IMG/VR virus record: IMGVR_UViG_2522572155_000001
Coordinates: 88,576 to 152,575 of that record
DNA length: 64,000 nucleotides
Direction: 5' to 3' (one strand)
Source of the DNA: a virus
Taxonomy: Duplodnaviria > Caudoviricetes
Position numbers and translations under genes: made by a program. This document shows positions 55,567 through 63,391 of this stretch, in pieces; position 1 is the first letter of the stretch; every line of letters begins with the position of its first letter. The notes below the pieces were generated by a model. The model saw nothing but the letters and a program-made list of their open reading frames with translations. It was not told where the DNA came from and searched no databases.

Positions 55567-58557
55567 TTACCTAGTCTTGCTCACCGAGAGGCCCGGCAAG
55601 GCCCATAGCTCCTCCGTCGTGAGCGGGTAGTACTCACGGAGAAGCTGCATGATCGTCATGCCCGGGGCGCCTACGTCATCCGTGCCGTCCTCGTGCGAGA
55701 ACGCGGGCGCCGGATCGCCAAGCGCGGCCACGCGAGCGAACGCCTCTAGGTTGTCCCCGTCTTCATCACGACGCGGGCGTGGCTTGGATACGAGGAGGTC
55801 ACTACCCCTGAACTTCAGGTCGATGTGAGCGCCCTTCGGCTTCCCCGGGCCATACGCGACGGTGACATGGGCCTTGTACCCGTCGTGGCGCGAGACTTCG
55901 AGCCCCTTGTCATCCGCGAGGTCCATCAGGCGCTCGGCCTGTTCCTTGGCCTGCGGAGACTTCAGGTAGATGACGATTGCCTTCTCGTCGCCGTCACCGA
56001 ACTCGCGGACATCGACGGCCTCGAACGGCACGCCGGTCGTCTTGTACGCCTTGGCCCAGGCATGGACCTCGGGGTCACTCCAGCCGCGCGTGGCGTAGAG
56101 CGCGGTGATGTGGTAGTCGTCGGGGTCCTCGAACTCGGTGCCCTCGGGCCACTCCATCGTCACGAGCCAGTTGGCGATCTGGTTGCGGATGTTCGCGGGT
56201 ACACCCCACGCGATGTGTAGCTCGTCGTGGGGCTCGGAGGCGGCCGTCACGGGCGCGTAGATCGGCGTCTCGCGGAAGGGATACTCGTGGCGCGGGTGCG
56301 AGAGCCCGAGCGTGTCGTTGAAGTGCTGCGCGACCTCCTCGGCGGCCGGGTCGGTCGCCTTCCACCACGGCGGCGCGCTCGTCTTCCACTTCTTGCCCTT
56401 CGGGGCGTTGGCCCTCGCGTTCCAGTCGATCAGGTTGTGGTCGAGCGGGTTCAGGACGCGCAGCGCGGAGTGGTCCTGGTGGGAGTCGGGGCCGCTGCGC
56501 TTGTAGTCCCACATCGCCCACTGGAGGCCACCGAGCGGGACGTGCGAGTAGCCTGAAGCATCGCGACGCGCCTGAAGCTCGCGCTCCATGCGGAAGTAGT
56601 CGCGGTTGTTCATCTCTTCCGGCTCGTAGCCGAGCACGTCCATGATGTGGGAGTCGATCGTGGCTAGCTGCGAGCGCATGGGCTGGAGCAGAAGCCACGC
56701 GAACGAGCAGACCTTCGGCCCGACGCCGTAGAGACCCATGTTCAGCACGGCGGCGCGGAAGTGATGACCGGCGGCGTCGTGGTCGTGGATGTCGCGCAGG
56801 GCGGCGTCGAGAAGCTCGTCAGAGCGCTTGGAGATCGCGGCCAGTGCCTTGAGGTGGTCACCCAGCCACGCGGAGTACGCGCCCATGTCCTCGGGGTTCA
56901 CGTCGCCGTTGAAGAGATCCGTCACGGTCGGGTCGACGTCCTCGGACTGGAGCGACACCTGGCCCGGCGGATGTACCTGCTTGGCCCCGAAGCGGAACGC
57001 CTCTTGCGTGCCGTAGTCCGTCGCCGGATCGAAGCTCGGGTTGATGATCGCTTCGAGGTGCTGCTTGACCTTCTGCCCCGCCTTGATCTCGATCTGCGAG
57101 ATCGTCGTCTTCTTCTCGTCGGGGACGTTGGCTTCCTTGGCGGCAAGCTCGGCGGCGACCTTGCGCTTCTCGTCTTCGAGCAGGATCCGCACGAACTGCT
57201 CGGCGCGCGCGAGGCACTGATCGTGGTTCCACTCGGGGTGCTTGGTCTGGAGATAGCGCGCGTAGTCACGCTCGGCCTCGTAGTAGACCTTGTGCGCGTT
57301 GACGGGGATCTTGCGGGCGGCGTTCCACGCCACGCGGTTCTGCTCCAGCACGCGGTGGTACTCGTGGGGGTCATCGGTGAGGTGCGCCGTGTCGGCCAGG
57401 TGCTGGTAGTGGATCGCGTTCCACTTGAGGTTCTTCTGCGGTGAGAGCAGGACGACGGCGAACGCGTTGACGATCGCCTTCTTCATCATCTCGCGGTTCG
57501 GCGTGCCGTCCGGGCGCGTGATGTGCTCCCAGCCGGAGTTCAGGCGGTGCACCATGTCCTTTGCGGTCACGCCATCGGCGTTCGCGCGGTCCCACCCGAG
57601 CGGGTCACCCCAGTCGGTGTAGGCCGCGCCGCTCTCGGGCACGTCTCCGCGCTCGACGGGCGCGTAGCCGGACTCCCACCCCGCATTAGGGTCAAGCACG
57701 GCGGCGGTCTTGGCCTGCGGTAGCTCGACCGGCGCGAGCGCCTGCGACGGGTGCACGCCGTCGTGCCCCGGCCCGTTGCCCTCGGCCTGCGCCTCCTCAG
57801 AGAACACGTCATCGAGGAAGGCGATCTTCTGATCGCTCGGCACGCCGGGCTGATAGGTGACAAACGCGGTCCGCCCGATGCACTCCGTGAACAGCGCCTT
57901 CTGGGCCGTGGGGGAGAGGAGCGGCAGGTGCTGCGCGCACGCCTGGTTCTCGCCGTGCCAGCCGAAGTCCGAGCCCGCTGCGGCGTGCCCCAGCACCTGG
58001 TGGACGATCCGGAAGTCGACCACCTGCTCGGGTGACCAGACGGGATGGATGGCGTTTGAGCGCGAGACGAACAGGTGCCCCTTCTTGATGTCCTTGAAGA
58101 GGTCGTCGGGGCCGTCGTAGGGCGTCGGGTTGTCTACGATCTCGATCTGAAGCTGGTCGGCCAGCGTCTCGACGCGCCGCTTGGAGTCGTGGGCTAGCTC
58201 CTGCCACGCGGAGACGGCCTTGGGGTCATAGATCGGCGCCTTGGCGTACGCCTGCGCGACCTCGGCTAGCTGGTCGGTCCACGTCTTGCTCCACGCGCTC
58301 TGGCGCGTGCGGATGAAGTCCAGCCGCGTGACGGCCATCAGCACGGCCGCGACGGCGGTCTCCGGCGTGGCCCCGACCTTCTTGACCTTCTGCCCGTTGA
58401 CGGGGTTCTTGGCCTCGGCCTCATAGCCGCCGCTCGTGGGCTTGACCTTCGTGACCTCCCATCCTCGGGAGTGGATCGCGCCGTAGAGGGAGTCAATCGG
58501 TGTCGTGACGCCCATGAACGTCGCGGTCACGTCGAAGCCTGTGTTCTCAGTCCACAT
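55567..58557 (-). CDS. Polyvalent protein: zincin-like domain + HhH DNA glycosylase-like domain + 2H phosphodiesterase (Acb1-like)
   Basis: FRIVHQVLGH...F...GE; GVGPKV...ATIDSHI...QWAMW; HITALY...HVTVAY. Confidence 0.8.
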   Translation of the reverse strand: MWTENTGFDVTATFMGVTTPIDSLYGAIHSRGWEVTKVKPTSGGYEAEAKNPVNGQKVKKVGATPETAVAAVLMAVTRLDFIRTRQSAWSKTWTDQLAEVAQAYAKAPIYDPKAVSAWQELAHDSKRRVETLADQLQIEIVDNPTPYDGPDDLFKDIKKGHLFVSRSNAIHPVWSPEQVVDFRIVHQVLGHAAAGSDFGWHGENQACAQHLPLLSPTAQKALFTECIGRTAFVTYQPGVPSDQKIAFLDDVFSEEAQAEGNGPGHDGVHPSQALAPVELPQAKTAAVLDPNAGWESGYAPVERGDVPESGAAYTDWGDPLGWDRANADGVTAKDMVHRLNSGWEHITRPDGTPNREMMKKAIVNAFAVVLLSPQKNLKWNAIHYQHLADTAHLTDDPHEYHRVLEQNRVAWNAARKIPVNAHKVYYEAERDYARYLQTKHPEWNHDQCLARAEQFVRILLEDEKRKVAAELAAKEANVPDEKKTTISQIEIKAGQKVKQHLEAIINPSFDPATDYGTQEAFRFGAKQVHPPGQVSLQSEDVDPTVTDLFNGDVNPEDMGAYSAWLGDHLKALAAISKRSDELLDAALRDIHDHDAAGHHFRAAVLNMGLYGVGPKVCSFAWLLLQPMRSQLATIDSHIMDVLGYEPEEMNNRDYFRMERELQARRDASGYSHVPLGGLQWAMWDYKRSGPDSHQDHSALRVLNPLDHNLIDWNARANAPKGKKWKTSAPPWWKATDPAAEEVAQHFNDTLGLSHPRHEYPFRETPIYAPVTAASEPHDELHIAWGVPANIRNQIANWLVTMEWPEGTEFEDPDDYHITALYATRGWSDPEVHAWAKAYKTTGVPFEAVDVREFGDGDEKAIVIYLKSPQAKEQAERLMDLADDKGLEVSRHDGYKAHVTVAYGPGKPKGAHIDLKFRGSDLLVSKPRPRRDEDGDNLEAFARVAALGDPAPAFSHEDGTDDVGAPGMTIMQLLREYYPLTTEELWALPGLSVSKTR

Positions 58558-58575
58558 CTATCTTTACCCAAAGGA

Positions 58576-58599
58576 AGAGCCCCGCTTTCGCGGGGCTCT
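58576..58599 (-). terminator. Intrinsic terminator (GAAA tetraloop)
   Basis: AGAGCCCCGC-GAAA-GCGGGGCTCT-TCCTTT. Confidence 0.85.
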
Positions 58600-58604
58600 C
58601 TCGC

Positions 58605-58799
58605 CTACTTGCGTCGGAGGCGGCGATCCAATCGGCGGTGCAGACGGTCGAGGTCGTAGATCACGACGAAGAGCATCGCGACGATGATGGCGAGGTCGCC
58701 CCGTACCTCATGGCCCTGGATGAACAGCACGGCCGCCGCGCCGAGGTTCGCGAACATGGCCGCGAGGAAGAGCAGGATACGAAGGTCATCTTTGGTCAT
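58605..58799 (-). CDS. Small two-TM membrane protein
   Basis: Two hydrophobic helices and a basic C-terminal tail. Confidence 0.65.
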   Translation of the reverse strand: MTKDDLRILLFLAAMFANLGAAAVLFIQGHEVRGDLAIIVAMLFVVIYDLDRLHRRLDRRLRRK

Positions 58800-58950
58800 G
58801 CCAAATCCGTTCTACCTCGTCGCGAGGTACGCCGTATTGACGGGAAACGAGCGTGACGGCGCAATCGTCACAGAGGGCCATCGAGACGAGCGCATCGACG
58901 GCGATGCGTACCTTCTCGACGCACTCCTCGGGGGTGAGGCCAGACAGCAC
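58786..58950 (-). CDS. Small hypothetical protein
   Basis: GTG start overlapping the upstream TAG. Confidence 0.5.
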   Translation of the reverse strand: MLSGLTPEECVEKVRIAVDALVSMALCDDCAVTLVSRQYGVPRDEVERIWHDQR

Positions 58951-59402
58951 TACTTGTCCGTTCCGACCGTGCTGCCGACCGTCTGCACGAGCGGGACGCC
59001 GTTGGCGCCGACCGGGATGTACACCTGCGAGTGCGACGGCGAGTTGGCCATCTTCATCTGCGCCTGGATCGCCTCCCACTGCACGTAGAGCGGGTTCAGC
59101 GTCTTGCTGATCTCATCCTGGGCCTTGCGGATGCCGGTGGCGGCGATGAAGCGCTGGTCGGCCTGCGCCTGCACCGTGGCGTCCTGGGCGGCGATCACGC
59201 GGGCCTGCTGCTGGGCGGTACGGATGTTGATCGTCGTGACCTTCACGCGGTTGTTGGCGTCCGCGCGCTTTTGTGAGCGGCTCCACGCCTTGATCCCCGT
59301 GAGTCCGCCGAGCAATAGCCCGACGATGAGCGCGATGCCCACGACAACGGCGAGGGTGGCCAAGGCACCCGCGAGGATGTCGCCTGATTTGCTGGTCTTC
59401 AC
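58950..59402 (-). CDS. Membrane-anchored coiled-coil protein resembling the C-terminus of SPFH/band-7 proteins
   Basis: N-terminal TM; A.GIRKAQ..I.KTL...YVQW.AI...YIP.G.NG.P. Confidence 0.6.
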   Translation of the reverse strand: MKTSKSGDILAGALATLAVVVGIALIVGLLLGGLTGIKAWSRSQKRADANNRVKVTTINIRTAQQQARVIAAQDATVQAQADQRFIAATGIRKAQDEISKTLNPLYVQWEAIQAQMKMANSPSHSQVYIPVGANGVPLVQTVGSTVGTDK

Positions 59403-59821
59403 ATTCTCTCCAGTACGCGATCTTCGAAGCCCTCGGCGTCACGCTCGGACTCCCAATGGTCAAGCGGTGCGGTCGTCATCACGCCGTAGCGCTTGCGACC
59501 ACGGTGAAACTGCCCGATGTGCCGAAGCTCATGGGCCGTGAGGCGGATGATGTCCTCGTCCCCGCACTCGTCCCCGATGCGGAGGGTGATGAGGCCGTCA
59601 GGGTGCGCGTGGGTGATGTAACCCTGGCGCGAGCGACTGTGGACCTCCGGGACGGCCCAGCCCGAGTAGCGGTCGAAATGGGGGTTACGCGTGACCTCTA
59701 CCCGGAGACCTCTCAGGCGGATGTCGCGATCGAGCCTGACCGCGACATCCTTGATCTGCCGGATGTGAGAGGTCACCTCGGGGCGATACCGCAGCATCCC
59801 CGGCGAGAGGTACAGGTCCAC
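59399..59821 (-). CDS. Zincin-like metallopeptidase
   Basis: TAHELRHIGQF (HExxH) ... ERDAE. Confidence 0.6.
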   Translation of the reverse strand: MDLYLSPGMLRYRPEVTSHIRQIKDVAVRLDRDIRLRGLRVEVTRNPHFDRYSGWAVPEVHSRSRQGYITHAHPDGLITLRIGDECGDEDIIRLTAHELRHIGQFHRGRKRYGVMTTAPLDHWESERDAEGFEDRVLERM

Positions 59822-59823
59822 GG

Positions 59824-60312
59824 CTAGTTGGTGCCGGTAGAGCCGAGACCGCCGCGCGAGGCGCCCATGGCGTCCACTTCCCTCCACGTGACCTCGCGCG
59901 AGATCGGCACGAAGATGCCCTGCGCGACTCGCGTCCCGGCCGGGATCGTCGCCCAGCGCTTGGCGCTCGGGTTATGCAGCAGCAGCCGAAGCTCGTCCTC
60001 GTCGCCGGAGTAGTCTTCATCTACGACGCCGACCGTGTTGGCGAGCTTGACGCCCCACTTGACAAACGTCGAGGAGCGCGGGGCGACGAGCAGCATGTGC
60101 TCGGGCGGCGTGGCGATCACGAGCCCGAGCCCGACGACCTCGGTGGCGAGGTTGGCGATCGTCACGTCGTCGGGCACGCGGAGATCAAAGCCCGCCGAGC
60201 GCGATGTGCCCCAGGTGGGAAGCTCCACGTCGTCGCGCAGGCGCTTGATGCGGACTAGGCCCGCGTGCCACTCGGCGTCCTGCGCCGAGTACCAATCTGG
60301 CGTCGAGTGCAT
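59824..60312 (-). CDS. dut: dUTPase (trimeric)
   Basis: SAGFDL; PRSS; NTVGVVDEDYSG; RVAQGI; RGGLGSTG. Confidence 0.95.
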   Translation of the reverse strand: MHSTPDWYSAQDAEWHAGLVRIKRLRDDVELPTWGTSRSAGFDLRVPDDVTIANLATEVVGLGLVIATPPEHMLLVAPRSSTFVKWGVKLANTVGVVDEDYSGDEDELRLLLHNPSAKRWATIPAGTRVAQGIFVPISREVTWREVDAMGASRGGLGSTGTN

Positions 60313-60357
60313 AGTTTCAGGCTGGCAAACTCAAATCGAGTTTGCAAGACTGAAACT
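60313..60357. repeat. 45-bp AT-rich interrupted palindrome abutting the dUTPase start
   Basis: AGTTTCAG-GCTG-GCAAACTC-AAATC-GAGTTTGC-AAGA-CTGAAACT. Confidence 0.85.
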
Positions 60358-60371
60358 CTAAGTAGGGTCGG

Positions 60372-60393
60372 ATGACCACCCGAGAGTGGTCAT
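60372..60393 (-). terminator. Hairpin after the PcfJ-domain gene
   Basis: ATGACCAC-N6-GTGGTCAT. Confidence 0.55.
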
Positions 60394-60397
60394 GCGA

Positions 60398-62620
60398 CTA
60401 CCCCCCGTGCCCGAACTCCTTGGCCAGCGCCTGCACGACCTTACGGCTGATAAACGGGTCCCCGACCGGCTCCAGGTCGTGGTTGAACAGCCGGTAGCCG
60501 CCGCCGATCGGGTACGCGTAGCCGTGGTGCAGATCGGGTTCTCCGATCCGGCGGCCGAGGTCTTCGTGCGTCGTCACGTGCGCGGGGTGCCCGTCCCACT
60601 CGTGCGCGAGGTGCACCTGCGCCGTCTGCGGCGAGAACGCCCACAGATAGCGGTCGGGATCAAACGTGCGCGCGATCTTGGCGAACGTGCCCTGCCCCGG
60701 CTCCGGCGGCGGCTCGGGGAGCTTGACGAAGTGCGGGATGACGCTCGGGGGGTGCCCGCTGGTCGTGGTCCACGGTTCGGTGCTGACGATCCGGCCCTTG
60801 GTCAACTCCGGCTCACGGTGCGGGTGGATATGGCGCAACGCGTACTCGGTGCCCGCCGGGTAGCGGTCAAGGCCCGGCGGCCCCATGTGACCCCACGCGG
60901 GCTGAAAGCCCTCTAGCTCACCGTGTAGCTCGTTGGTGTAGCCCTCGGGTCCGGCGTGGTGCGGAGAGATCGTCTGGTAGAGCGCGCTCGCGAGCCGCGA
61001 AGGGTTGTGCTCGTGGTACATCTCGCCCTCGGCCCACTCATACTCGTCGCTCAAGTTCTTCCAGTAGTCCCGCAGCGCCTCCTCCTGCTCCTCGGGCGTC
61101 TCGTGGTCGTACTCGACCGGCCGCCCGTGCGCCGACTCGTAGAGGTCACGCAGGCGCTCGGGATCCTCGTCCCAGGACTCACCCGGCCACGACGGAAGAT
61201 TCTCGCGCCATCCCTGCTTGTCTAGCTCGTGGTCGGCGTACTCCCCGTAACCCTCGACGGCTTCGGCCAACTGGGGAAGCTCGCCTCGGCGCAGCGCCTC
61301 GCGATAGAGCGCCGTGACCTCATCGTCGTCGTGGGGCGAGGTGGTGTAGTTGTTGCGGTCGTGGTAACTGCGCGGGCGCAGCAGCGACTCGATCGTGGAG
61401 CGGTAGTCGATCGGGCGCGGCGGCTCCACGAGACCGTAGTCGCCGTGGACACCGTAACCACCGTGGTCCGGGTCCTCGTAGTCGCCGTCGTCCTCGTCGT
61501 CGCCCTCTTCGGCGGTGGGCATGATGTCGCGGATGTGGTCCATCGGGCGCGTCTCGCGCTCCCAGTTCGGGCGCGTCGCCTCGGGGAACGTCTGGAACCA
61601 GTCCTTCATCCGCGCCTGGTACTCGGGCTTGGGCACCGAGTTGCCCTTACCCTGAATCTGCTCGATCCTCGCCTGCTCGGGCGAGGAACGGACCCCCCAG
61701 CGCTCGATGGCGGGGTCCTCCTCGCGGAGCATGTCGCGGTACTCGGTCGGCGTGTGGAAGCCGCCCGTGTTGTTGACGTACTGCGTCGGCCGCATCTCCA
61801 TCGTGACATGCGGCTTGCTCTGGGGATCCCGCAGCGAGTAGATCATCGTCTCGTCACGCCCCACGGCGTCCTGGTACTGCGGCCAGTTCACGCAGATCGG
61901 TGTACCCTCGGGATTCCCCGGCGTGGGGTCACCGCGCATGTGCCACGCCTCGAAGTCAAGCGGCGTACCCGTCGGGAGCTTACGCAGCGTCCAGCCGTCC
62001 GGCCAGGAGTGGACGACCTCGCCGCCATGGCGACCTTCCTCGATCGCCTCTTCCTTCTGGCGCCTGGCCTTCTCCCGCTCGTAGGTGGCCACCTCCTCCG
62101 GCAGGTCATGGACCTTCAACTGCTCAAGCGGCACTCTCCGACGATCGGGCTGGTGATACCAGTCGGCCCAGTGGTTCAGCGTGTTCGGACTCAGGTGGTG
62201 CCACGAGTGATGCTGCGGGCTTTGTTGCTGTTGGTACTGAAGCTGGTCGGGGTGTTCGCGCGTGAGCCCGTTGTAGAGGCTTGCAAGGTCTGCGCCGTGG
62301 AAGATCGGAGGCTCGGGCAGCGCTCCCACGTGGTAGCGCTCGTGCTGGCGCAGCGCGTCCTTGAGTTCGTCGGGCATGGCTCGCCCAATCGGGTGCGACT
62401 CGAACTGCACCTCCAGCGGCGTCCGAGTGCGCACCCGTCCCTTGCGGAACTCGCGCGCGAGCCACGGCATGAGCGGGTCGGTCCGCTCGTTGTGATGCCT
62501 GCGGAGTCGCTCGATGAACTCCTGACCGGCCGGACTCTGCAACCGCCGATTGCCCTGGAGGTCATCCAGGGCATCGGCTTCAATCTGTCGCGCTACGCGC
62601 CGCCACGCCATCTCGTTCAT
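60398..62620 (-). CDS. Multidomain protein with PcfJ-like domain
   Basis: L..EA.HM...CV...Y...IYSLRD....PHVTME...IEQIQGKGN..P. Confidence 0.75.
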   Translation of the reverse strand: MNEMAWRRVARQIEADALDDLQGNRRLQSPAGQEFIERLRRHHNERTDPLMPWLAREFRKGRVRTRTPLEVQFESHPIGRAMPDELKDALRQHERYHVGALPEPPIFHGADLASLYNGLTREHPDQLQYQQQQSPQHHSWHHLSPNTLNHWADWYHQPDRRRVPLEQLKVHDLPEEVATYEREKARRQKEEAIEEGRHGGEVVHSWPDGWTLRKLPTGTPLDFEAWHMRGDPTPGNPEGTPICVNWPQYQDAVGRDETMIYSLRDPQSKPHVTMEMRPTQYVNNTGGFHTPTEYRDMLREEDPAIERWGVRSSPEQARIEQIQGKGNSVPKPEYQARMKDWFQTFPEATRPNWERETRPMDHIRDIMPTAEEGDDEDDGDYEDPDHGGYGVHGDYGLVEPPRPIDYRSTIESLLRPRSYHDRNNYTTSPHDDDEVTALYREALRRGELPQLAEAVEGYGEYADHELDKQGWRENLPSWPGESWDEDPERLRDLYESAHGRPVEYDHETPEEQEEALRDYWKNLSDEYEWAEGEMYHEHNPSRLASALYQTISPHHAGPEGYTNELHGELEGFQPAWGHMGPPGLDRYPAGTEYALRHIHPHREPELTKGRIVSTEPWTTTSGHPPSVIPHFVKLPEPPPEPGQGTFAKIARTFDPDRYLWAFSPQTAQVHLAHEWDGHPAHVTTHEDLGRRIGEPDLHHGYAYPIGGGYRLFNHDLEPVGDPFISRKVVQALAKEFGHGG

Positions 62621-62652
62621 CCTCTCTTACGAGAGGGGAATGGGTGCGCTTC

Positions 62653-62979
62653 CTAGCTGACCGGCAGCGGCGGTAGGTCGTCGGGCACGATCCCCTTCTG
62701 CCGGTTGATCTTTGCGTCAGTGAGGAACTGCTGAATGCGGGTGCGATGGAAGCTCCAGTCGTCACCCGCGCCGCTCACGCCGGGCTCGAAGGCGACCGCC
62801 TCCGCGATCTCCACCTGGGTGGCCCCGGCGTCCTCGGCGGCCTGGAGCATTCGCTCCAGCCACCGGATCTTCCGAGCCGCGAGCTTGTCACGAAGCTCGA
62901 AGTACGCGTACGCTTCTACCCGAACGGCATCGAGTGCCGCCGCCTTGGCGATAACACCCTCATCCCTGGTCGTGGCCAT
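62653..62979 (-). CDS. Hypothetical protein, possible HTH
   Basis: AGATQVEIAEAV...RTRIQQF; start trimmed to ATG 62979. Confidence 0.6.
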   Translation of the reverse strand: MATTRDEGVIAKAAALDAVRVEAYAYFELRDKLAARKIRWLERMLQAAEDAGATQVEIAEAVAFEPGVSGAGDDWSFHRTRIQQFLTDAKINRQKGIVPDDLPPLPVS

Positions 62980-63172
62980 GTGCCTTTCGTCTCTTGTCTC
63001 GGGGGAACCGCTTGCGCACTTGGGATGCCCGCACGGTTCTATTGGTGACGCGAGGGTTCTCGGGCGTGATGCGAAGCTCTCCGGGGAACTTTTCCTCCAC
63101 GACGGCGGTGAAAATCCACCCACGCACCTCGCACTCGACACGATCACCCGGCCGAACTGATGCTAGTTGCAT
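62960..63172 (-). CDS. Small SH3/KOW-like hypothetical protein
   Basis: VRPGDRVECEVRG..F.A.V. Confidence 0.55.
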   Translation of the reverse strand: MQLASVRPGDRVECEVRGWIFTAVVEEKFPGELRITPENPRVTNRTVRASQVRKRFPRDKRRKAHGHDQG

Positions 63173-63211
63173 TCGGCTTGCTATGACCCTATCAGGATCG
63201 CCGCGCGCCAG

Positions 63212-63391
63212 CTAGCAATCTAGCGGGGTCGCGTGCAGGGCGTCGAGCGCGATTGCGCCGTGTGTGCCGCCGAGGAGGACGATCCGCTCCAGCGCGCTCC
63301 GGTAGGTCGCGATGACGTCGCCCGCCGTGTGTAGCTCGTCGTAGAGACCATCGATCTGCGCTTCCAGTTCGGCCACCGCGTGGGCGCCCAT
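63212..63391 (-). CDS. Hypothetical protein (59 aa, not in ORF track)
   Basis: MGAHAVAELEAQIDGLYDEL...; TGATG coupling. Confidence 0.55.
   Translation of the reverse strand: MGAHAVAELEAQIDGLYDELHTAGDVIATYRSALERIVLLGGTHGAIALDALHATPLDC

Noticed and set aside
61229-62656. 475-aa plus-strand ORF and similar long antisense ORFs (29612-30754, 5619-6398, 38073-38837, 32097-32807)
   Set aside because: They mirror well-supported genes on the opposite strand and show no motifs; such shadow ORFs are expected in high-GC coding DNA
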